From contig CAWFQB010000006.1 of assembly GCA_963817895.1 (NCBI GenBank), forward strand, positions 192,001-256,000: DNA of 64,000 bases, given 5' to 3'. Position numbers and translations under genes: made by a program. Shown here one piece after another: positions 55,705-64,000 of the stretch; the first letter of the stretch is position 1, and every line of letters begins with the position of its first letter. The DNA is from an uncultured Chthonomonadaceae bacterium (lineage in GTDB: Bacteria; Armatimonadota; Chthonomonadetes; Chthonomonadales; Chthonomonadaceae). The notes under the pieces are model-generated. The model was not told the origin of the DNA and made no database searches. It saw only the letters and a list, made by a program, of their open reading frames with translations.

Positions 55705-57079
55705 ATGCTGGATGTGGATGCGGGACGAGGGCCGATACAGTGCGATGGCATGTCGCGCCGCAACTTTTCTGCGTTTGGGCGCGTTGTCTGTTTTAGGGTT
55801 GACCCTGCCGGATATGCTGCGTCTGGAAGCGGCTAACGCCGCCACGCGCGCAACGGATGCGGCAAGCGCGGTAAGCGCGGCGGGTAAAATGGCGAAGAAA
55901 ACCCGCGCCAAAAACGTCCTGCTGATCTATCTCGGCGGCGGTCTGACGCACCACGACACTTTTGATCCCAAGCCCGACGCTCCGCAGGAAATCCGGGGCA
56001 AGTACGGCACGATTCCGACCGGGCTTGCGGGCATACGCTTTTCCAGCATGATGCCGGAAATGGCGAAAATCACCGACATTTACGCCCTGTGCCGTTCGCA
56101 GGTTACGGGCAGCGACCACCACGAAACTGCCGCGCAGTGGATGCTCACGGGCAACTACGGCGTGATGCAGGGCGGCGATTACCCGTCTATCGGCAGCATC
56201 GTCACGCACGAAACCACGCCGCTCAACACGCTTCCTCCCTATGTCGCCGTGCCGAAAAACCACTCTTTTACGTGGGAATTGGGCAAAGCCGCGTTTCTGG
56301 GCGAACGGTACGAGTCGTTCAAGTCCGGCAATGTGGGCGATAAAAACTGGCAGGTTCCCAACCTCTCCCTGCTTGCCGATGTGCCGCAGGAACGATTAGC
56401 GCGGCGCGAAAACATGCTTCATGCCATTGACAATCTCGCCCGGCGCGTGGAGGGCAGCGACCAGTTGGGCTCGATGGACACGTTTTATCAGCGCGCCACG
56501 CAGATGATTTTGTCTTCGGAAGCCCGCAACGCCTTCGACCTGACCAAAGAGGACGCGAAAACGCAGGAAGCCTACGGTAAGGATTTCTGGGGACGGCAGG
56601 CGTTGCTTTCCCGGCGCTTGATCGAGGGCGGCGTCCGGTTCGTGCTGCTCGGTCAGGGTGGCTGGGACATGCACGGCAAAATTTTCGAGGCGTGCGATAA
56701 CAGCCTGCCCCGCTTCGATAAGTCTATCGCCACCCTGCTGAAAGATATGAAACAGCGCGGGCTGTTGGAAGATACCCTTGTCGCCATGTACGGCGATTTC
56801 GGGCGCACGAGCAAAATCAACAAGGACGCGGGACGCGACCACTGGGGCAATGCGGGCGTGATGCTGTTCGCGGGCGCGGGCGTCAGGGGCGGGCAGGTGA
56901 TCGGCACAACGGATGAGCGCGGCGAATACGTCACGGAACGCCCCATCCGCCCACCAGAAGTAGCCGCGACGATTTACAGCGCGTTGGGCATTGATTACGA
57001 GAAAACCCTGCTCACGCCCCAATCCCGCCCCGTCGCCATTTTGCCGGAATGTGAACCCATCCACGAGTTGTGGAAGTGA
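55705..57079 (+). CDS. DUF1501 protein with Tat-like signal (frameshift near 55770)
   Basis: MLDVD...CDGMSRRNF; YLGGGLTHHDTFDPKP, RRLIEGGVRFV, WDMH, GDFGRT.KIN..GRDHW. Confidence 0.92.
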
Positions 57080-57152
57080 AAAGTTGAACCTCAAAGGGGC
57101 AAAGACCGCAAAGAAAAAGTAAGAACATGATTAGGTAAAAGGAACCCTGCCT

Positions 57153-58292
57153 GTGAGCCGCGTCGAGGAAATAATACAACTTCTGACAAGCGCGGAACCT
57201 CGGCAGGGTTCGCGCGTTGTGGCAGCATCAATAGTGGAGGAGTATCGGCAGCTTTCGATGTTGGAGGGGCGCGAACTGGCCCGTTTCGCGCTGACAATCC
57301 TTGACAGCGCAGGGGAACAGCAGGTCGCGGCAGATTTGGGCGAGAGGATGCTGCTGCATCTGGCGTGTCTGGTTCCCGGCGCGTTGGATGGCCTCCATGC
57401 GAAACTGTTGACGCGTGAAATCGTCTATCCGCCCGAACTGTTCCGGGGCGCAGACGCGCAAACGCGCGATCAACTGCTGGCCTGGCTCAATGGAGACGCC
57501 GAACTCGCCTTCTCTGTTTCCGGCGATCATCTGTTAAAGGCGCTGGCATGTATCGAAGATGAAACCGTACAGGCTGTATTTCGGCAGTGGCAACAAACGC
57601 CGCCGGAATGGCGTTCCGCGCTGTATATTCCGCCGGAAGCCTATGCCCATGAAGCGGGCTGGCATCTCATGGCACAGGGCGAGTATCGCCGCCTGTTTTT
57701 CGACACCTGTTACGAGTTGATGCGGCGCGACCTTACTCAAGACGCGGAATCCGTCAGCCCGGTACGCGCGATTTTGCCGCATGAAGACGTGTGCCTGTGG
57801 TGCGGACTGCATCTGCAAACCCTTTTTAATTTCGATTTGCAAGACCCGCGCCTTGCCTTTCTACATTTATCCGGCGCTCAGTTACGTGTCGCCTTTTGCC
57901 GACGCTGCTCCACGTTCGGATATGTTTTCACTGAAGTGGATATGCAGGGTGGATCGCGCTGGAGCAAACTCAACCACAAGCCTGACTTTATCGGCCACGA
58001 AGACTCGGCGTGGAACCTGCCGCAAGATACGCTTGTCTTGAATCGTTTGCGGCGTTCACCTTACGAAGCCCATCAGTTTGTGATGTACGATGTACCGGGC
58101 GCGTCACAGGTAGGCGGACATCCGATGTGGATACAGGACGCGGAATACCCGGCTTGTCCACGCTGTCAGGAACCGATGCCTTTCTTGGCGCAACTGCAAA
58201 CCGGCGAGATAGATGCAATGGCAGATGGCGTCATGTATGCGTTTCTATGCGTCGCCTGCATGCTTGCCACGACTTCTTATCAGGGTACTTGA
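57153..58292 (+). CDS. Hypothetical protein with DUF1963/YwqG-like C-terminus
   Basis: SQVGGHPMWIQDAEYPACPRC..PMPFLAQL; several CxxC pairs. Confidence 0.65.
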   Translation: MSRVEEIIQLLTSAEPRQGSRVVAASIVEEYRQLSMLEGRELARFALTILDSAGEQQVAADLGERMLLHLACLVPGALDGLHAKLLTREIVYPPELFRGADAQTRDQLLAWLNGDAELAFSVSGDHLLKALACIEDETVQAVFRQWQQTPPEWRSALYIPPEAYAHEAGWHLMAQGEYRRLFFDTCYELMRRDLTQDAESVSPVRAILPHEDVCLWCGLHLQTLFNFDLQDPRLAFLHLSGAQLRVAFCRRCSTFGYVFTEVDMQGGSRWSKLNHKPDFIGHEDSAWNLPQDTLVLNRLRRSPYEAHQFVMYDVPGASQVGGHPMWIQDAEYPACPRCQEPMPFLAQLQTGEIDAMADGVMYAFLCVACMLATTSYQGT

Positions 58293-58295
58293 CCT

Positions 58296-59255
58296 ATGAA
58301 AACATCCTTGTGCATCCCTGCGATTTTGGTTCTGTCCGCCGCTTCTGTGACCGCGCAGCGCGAAACCTATATTCCTGCATTGGGCGTCAACGCCAGTTTG
58401 AATGGTTATCGCCCGTTTCCCGCTTCCGATGCGTGGAATACTCCGATTGACAAAGCGCCGGTTGATCCCAACTCCGACGCGCTGATTGCCAGTATCGGGC
58501 GCGACAAACCTTTGCATCCCGACTTCGGCACAACCTACAACGGAACGCCGAGCGGCATCCCCTACGTTGTCGCATCCGGTAACACGCCCCGCGTTCCCGT
58601 GACTTTCGAGTATAAGGATGAAAGCGACCCCGGCCCGTATCCTGTTCCCGCCAGTGCGCAAATCGAAGGCGGGCCGAACAGCAAGGGCGACCGCCATATT
58701 CTTGTTCTTGACCGCGACAACTGGAAGTTGTACGAACTGTTCAGCGCGTACCCGCAAACCCTCAACGGCAAAACCGGCTGGAAAGCGGGCAGCGGCGCGA
58801 TCTTCGACTTGAAAACCAATGCGCCCCGTCCCGCCGGATGGACGAGCGCGGATGCCGCCGGACTGCCCATCTTTCCCGGCCTTGTACGCTACGATGAAGC
58901 CGTAATACAAAAAGAGATACGCCACGCGCTGCGGTTTACGATTGTGCGCAGCCGCCATGCGTATGTACCGCCCGCCCGCCACTTCGCCAGTTCCAAAACC
59001 GATCCGAACCTGCCGCCCATGGGGATGCGCGTCCGCCTGAGAGCCGATGTGGATATTTCCCGCTTTCCCGTTTGCTGTCAGGTGATTTTGAAATGCCTGC
59101 AAACCTACGGTATGATTGTGGCGGATAACGGCAGCGATTGGTTCATATCCGGCGCTCCCGACTCGCGCTGGAACGACGACGAGTTGGGCGCGTTAAAGCG
59201 TATCAAAGGCAGCGATTTCGAGGTTGTCAAGATGGGGCCGCTTACGATAAGGTGA
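58296..59255 (+). CDS. Conserved secreted hypothetical protein
   Basis: Signal peptide; PFPASDAWNTPI, GDRHILVLD, SADAAGLPIFPGLVRYDE, YGMIVADNG. Confidence 0.75.
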   Translation: MKTSLCIPAILVLSAASVTAQRETYIPALGVNASLNGYRPFPASDAWNTPIDKAPVDPNSDALIASIGRDKPLHPDFGTTYNGTPSGIPYVVASGNTPRVPVTFEYKDESDPGPYPVPASAQIEGGPNSKGDRHILVLDRDNWKLYELFSAYPQTLNGKTGWKAGSGAIFDLKTNAPRPAGWTSADAAGLPIFPGLVRYDEAVIQKEIRHALRFTIVRSRHAYVPPARHFASSKTDPNLPPMGMRVRLRADVDISRFPVCCQVILKCLQTYGMIVADNGSDWFISGAPDSRWNDDELGALKRIKGSDFEVVKMGPLTIR

Positions 59256-59352
59256 AGAAGAGGAGGGTAAAAAAGAGATTAGCCGCGAATGAACGCGAAT
59301 ACACGCGAATGTAGGCAGGAATAGAAGCGAGATGCGTCAGAAATAAACGCGC

Positions 59353-59850
59353 CTATGCTTCGTCCTTATCGTTAAGAAGTTTTTGCAGTTCGAGCAGTTC
59401 CAGAATGTGCGCCTGATCTTTGGGGCGGTTGGCGGCGCGTTTCATGGAAAGCAGGTCAGGAATGGAAGCGACATGAACCGCAATGCTTTCCACTTCCATT
59501 ACGACAGACCGCTCCCATAAACCGTCAAACGATTCTGTCCCGGCGGCTTCGCCAAGTATGTCCACATCGCCAATACTCATTGTGAGCGTGAAGTTCAGCC
59601 CTGACTTGAGCGTTCGCGCATCCCACAAGAATGGCAAATCAGGAGGAACGCCGCGCAATCGTGGCTTGTAAGGCGCGAAAGCGGACGCTAATGTCGTTAA
59701 GTTCGCCGGGTCACGCGCATAACAGATGTCAAGATCGTCCGTAAGGTGGGCGCAGCCGTGCAGACGCATCGCCACGCCGCCAATCAGCACGTACCGAACA
59801 TTTTGCGCGTTGAGTACGTTGAGAATGTGCAGAATCTCATCAAGTTCCAC
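59353..59850 (-). CDS. Nucleotidyltransferase-family protein (DUF6036/AbiEii-like)
   Basis: YVLIGGVAMRLHG...TDDLDI, DLLSMKRAANRPKD. Confidence 0.8.
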   Translation of the reverse strand: MELDEILHILNVLNAQNVRYVLIGGVAMRLHGCAHLTDDLDICYARDPANLTTLASAFAPYKPRLRGVPPDLPFLWDARTLKSGLNFTLTMSIGDVDILGEAAGTESFDGLWERSVVMEVESIAVHVASIPDLLSMKRAANRPKDQAHILELLELQKLLNDKDEA

Positions 59851-60067
59851 TATTCCGTCCTCCTGTTAGAACCGCGCTACGTCGAAACATTTTTCTCAAT
59901 CGTTCTGTTGGCGTGAGTTTCAGATTGGCGCGAAGAAGGGAAATGTCTACGCCGCTTTCGGATTGTTCGCCAAAGCCGCGCGTGAACGCCTGAAACTGCT
60001 CCCACTGCTCCGGCGTCATGCCAAGTCTGTCTTCCGGTTCCTCTACCTCTGTTTGCGAATCGCTCAT
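59840..60067 (-). CDS. Small partner of the nucleotidyltransferase (putative antitoxin)
   Basis: GVDISLLRANLKLTPTERLR; overlaps the start of the NTase gene. Confidence 0.65.
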   Translation of the reverse strand: MSDSQTEVEEPEDRLGMTPEQWEQFQAFTRGFGEQSESGVDISLLRANLKLTPTERLRKMFRRSAVLTGGRNSGT

Positions 60068-60081
60068 GATTGATTTGCCTC

Positions 60082-60525
60082 TTATACCTGCGTGTCCTGA
60101 TTGTAGGCGATGCGAAGGCGCGTGAGGAACAGCGGGTTCAGATGGTCGAAATCCGCGTCCGTTGTCAGCAGCCTGAAATTTGATACGCTGGCGACAGCCG
60201 CAATCCATAAATCATTCTTGCCCATTATGATGCCTCTCCTGTGACTGTACTCATCAATGGATGCGTAGGCCGTGTAAATTTCCGGCGTTTCTATCGAGTA
60301 GGGAATAAAGTAGCTGAGCATAAAGAGCATCTGCTTCACTCTGTCACGCCCCCAATTATTTGTGTTGGCAAATGAACGAATTTCGCCGTTTGTCACCGTA
60401 CAATAGCCGGGTCTAACTTCGGTCATAAATGGGTCAAACTCTGTTTTGATGCGCAGTCCGGTATAATTGCCACGAATCAAATGTACAAAAATGTTTGTGT
60501 CCATTATATCAGCGTTTGGAACCAT
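60082..60525 (-). CDS. PIN-domain (VapC-type) toxin
   Basis: IMDTNIFVH, T.GE, MGKNDLWIAA, LLTTDADFDHL. Confidence 0.88.
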   Translation of the reverse strand: MVPNADIMDTNIFVHLIRGNYTGLRIKTEFDPFMTEVRPGYCTVTNGEIRSFANTNNWGRDRVKQMLFMLSYFIPYSIETPEIYTAYASIDEYSHRRGIIMGKNDLWIAAVASVSNFRLLTTDADFDHLNPLFLTRLRIAYNQDTQV

Positions 60526-60527
60526 CG

Positions 60528-60875
60528 TCAGGACATCTCCTTTAGTATCGCGATGACTTCTTCGTCCGTAAGGTTGTCGCGCAATTTGCCGAAGACCATG
60601 TCGGCCAGTGTTTTACCGGGTGGTAAAGGGCGCGGCGGCGGCGCGGATGCCAGAGCGCGGCAACGCGCTTCAGCAAGTTGCTCCGGGGTTCGGTTCGTGA
60701 GGCGGGCCAACGTTTCTTCGTAGTAGCTCGGCTCCGACCACGCATACAGGTGCAATCTTTCAAGAGTGCCTTCCAGCATATCGTGGGCGCAATCAGCGAC
60801 GCTCAATCCGCTCTCCTGCGCCAACCCCTCCAATTTTCGCTGCATTTCCTCCGAAACGGTAACGGTAATTTCCAT
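60528..60875 (-). CDS. Putative antitoxin (RHH-like N-terminus)
   Basis: MEITVTVSEEMQRKLEGLAQESGLS; directly upstream of the PIN gene. Confidence 0.65.
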   Translation of the reverse strand: MEITVTVSEEMQRKLEGLAQESGLSVADCAHDMLEGTLERLHLYAWSEPSYYEETLARLTNRTPEQLAEARCRALASAPPPRPLPPGKTLADMVFGKLRDNLTDEEVIAILKEMS

Positions 60876-61041
60876 CGGATACCTCCTCATCTCTGCCGAA
60901 CGGTCAGGCAGGGCAATTGTTCGCTGCCGTTGGCGTAAATCACGTTGCTCATGCTTCTATTATACTCCGGTTTATGGGCAGTGTTCCTTTGCGCTGTCAA
61001 CGCGCCTGCAACAAATCCGCTTTCTTGTGTTCCAACAGGGT

Positions 61042-62407
<1,366 letters not shown>

Positions 62408-62409
<2 letters not shown>

Positions 62410-62909
62410 CCACGGGGGACACGGGGAACACGGGGGAGGAAAGGGGAAGAAAATATGGGGAACAACACTGAGAACGAAGAACTGGTGGATTGTGAGAATG
62501 AATTGATTTCCAGAGTGTTGGATGCGGCTACGGTTGTGCATCGGCAACTTGGACCGGGGTTGTTGGAGTCAGTTTATGAATTGGCGCTCATGGTAGAACT
62601 GAAAGCTATGGGGATTGCGGCGCAGAAAGAAGTGGAAGTTCCGGTTTACTATCGCGGGCAGTGCCTCGGCACAGGTTTTCGCGCCGACATCATCGTGGAA
62701 AACTGCCTCTTGCTGGAATTAAAGGCTGTTGACGAGTTGAACGCCGTTCATCAGGCGCAAATCATGACCTACCTCAAACTGCTGAAGTTCAAGCGTGGCT
62801 ACCTGTTAAACTTTAATCGCGTCTTAATGAAGGAGGGCATCAAACGTGTTTCCATCTAATTTTTTATCCCTCCCCTCTCCCCCCCGTGTTCCCCGTGTCC
62901 CCCGTGGTT
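62408..62909. mobile_element. Putative mobile cassette: GxxExxY gene between perfect 29-bp inverted repeats
   Basis: aaccacgggggacacggggaacacggggg (62408-62436) and its exact reverse complement (62881-62909); mobility is inferred. Confidence 0.6.
62455..62859 (+). CDS. GxxExxY protein (PD-(D/E)XK nuclease-like)
   Basis: VHRQLGPGLLESVYE, FRADIIVE..LLLELKAV, AQIMTYLK, GYLLNF. Confidence 0.95.
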   Translation: MGNNTENEELVDCENELISRVLDAATVVHRQLGPGLLESVYELALMVELKAMGIAAQKEVEVPVYYRGQCLGTGFRADIIVENCLLLELKAVDELNAVHQAQIMTYLKLLKFKRGYLLNFNRVLMKEGIKRVSI

Positions 62910-63649
62910 TAATCCTCCTCTGCCTACTATGGTGCGGCGTGGTTGTCCGGGCCGATGTCAAGCCGGAAATAAAATCCCGTTCCGTCCCCTACGTGGTGGT
63001 CGGCAAGCCGGTCACGATTACGTTTTATGGCGAGAATTTGACGCCCAGGGAAGTAAAAGCGAATAAGCCGGGTGTCACCGTAAAATTGGGCGCGATGAAG
63101 GCGACAGAGGGGGACGACAAGAAAAAAGGCCGTCAGAAGGTAGACGTGGAAGTGACAACGATGCTGACATGCCCACCCGAAAACGTAGAATTGACCTTCA
63201 CGCAGCCGGACGGCGGCAAGGTGGCAGCGCAAATTCCACTCGTGGACAGCGCGGCAACCGAAGTAAAAGAGAAAAAGCCGAGCGGCACGTTTGCGCAGGC
63301 AATGCCGTTAATCCTGACATCTGATTCTTCTCTGGCTGTCACCGGGAACGTGGAGAATGACACGCCCTCCACATTCAAGTTCGAGGCGAAGGCGGGCGAG
63401 GTTTGGATGTTTCGCGTGTTTGCGGGGCGGGGCGACTCGACGCTTGATCCCGTCGTCAGAATTCGGGACAGGAGGCATATCTCGCTGACGCTTGCGGTCG
63501 GGGACGCCAAGAAAGACCGCCAAATCGTTTTTACGGTTCCCGGATCAGGAACCTACTATCTGGAAATCATGGATGAGCAGAGTCGCGGCGGCGGCGGTTT
63601 CACGTATCGGCTTACAGTGCAGCAAGGAAAGGCTACGCCAAAGCAGTAA
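62846..63649 (+). CDS. Secreted PPC (pre-peptidase C-terminal) domain protein
   Basis: Hydrophobic signal region; FKFEAKAGE, STLDPVVRI, FTVPGSGTYYLEI, GGGFTYRL. Confidence 0.75.
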   Translation: MFPSNFLSLPSPPRVPRVPRGLILLCLLWCGVVVRADVKPEIKSRSVPYVVVGKPVTITFYGENLTPREVKANKPGVTVKLGAMKATEGDDKKKGRQKVDVEVTTMLTCPPENVELTFTQPDGGKVAAQIPLVDSAATEVKEKKPSGTFAQAMPLILTSDSSLAVTGNVENDTPSTFKFEAKAGEVWMFRVFAGRGDSTLDPVVRIRDRRHISLTLAVGDAKKDRQIVFTVPGSGTYYLEIMDEQSRGGGGFTYRLTVQQGKATPKQ

Positions 63650-63710
63650 TACGCTGTGATGAGCAGAGTATTACTGCCAGCAAACTTTGCTTCGTACAGA
63701 TGCATCCTGC

Positions 63711-63986
63711 TTATGTGAGTTCAGCGATCCGCGCCTTGCCTTCTTCAGTCAGCATGTATTTTCCATGCGCCACTCGTCGAAAGAACTTTTGGTACTTGGG
63801 ATTGACATTCGGTGCCCCACCCGGATGGTCGCATCTCATGCCTTGAAAAATGGCGCACCCGCTCGCCTTCCACGCCGATGGACTCATCTCAGCCTGAACG
63901 CGCACATCTTGTTGAGAAAAGATAATCTTTTCCTGAACAGCCGTTATCAGGGCTACGGATCGGGCAATGCGTTCTGCGTAAGTCAT
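63711..63986 (-). CDS. Small hypothetical protein (winged-helix-like tail)
   Basis: GAGGA RBS; C-terminal FRRVAHGKYMLTEEG. Confidence 0.6.
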   Translation of the reverse strand: MTYAERIARSVALITAVQEKIIFSQQDVRVQAEMSPSAWKASGCAIFQGMRCDHPGGAPNVNPKYQKFFRRVAHGKYMLTEEGKARIAELT

Positions 63987-64000
63987 TTTACATTCCTCCT

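Overview
This is a gene-dense bacterial chromosome segment of moderately high GC. The gene mix suggests Armatimonadota or a similar soil lineage, but that is inference only. Many ordinary genes, including dnaK, are broken by single-base frameshifts, which points to an unpolished long-read or MAG assembly, so they are called CDS rather than pseudogenes. Core content: the 5' part of glgB, two SDRs, a GAF/HisKA_2 kinase, a Tat-exported PaoABC/YagTSR-type molybdoenzyme operon with XdhC, an acyl-CoA dehydrogenase, a TrxR-type ferredoxin-NADP reductase, a large secreted propeller-like protein, an EAL-CBS-GGDEF protein, a dnaK-dnaJ-hspR operon (no grpE) with a HAIR operator on its -35 box, an ECF sigma/anti-sigma cassette, sugar enzymes, and a Planctomycete-type DUF1549/1553, DUF1501, cytochrome-c/WD40, PPC module. 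Accessory genes are interleaved: DUF6946, XisI with tandem PD-(D/E)XK-like paralogs, two SUKH-4-like immunity genes, an orphan Dam-like methylase, an AAA-ATPase plus TOPRIM/DUF3226-like pair, toxin-antitoxin pairs and a GxxExxY gene. The most striking unexplained structure is a set of intergenic inverted repeats whose arms are built from 7-, 8- or 9-bp tandem units, mostly at gene junctions inside operons. One of them carries the GxxExxY gene between perfect 29-bp arms; the others are empty. Also notable are a heptamer tract that sets the reading frame of a pseudo-receiver gene, a mini-island bounded by a duplicated gene 3' end, and a candidate ~57-nt sRNA. No rRNA, tRNA, CRISPR array, integrase or transposase was recognised.
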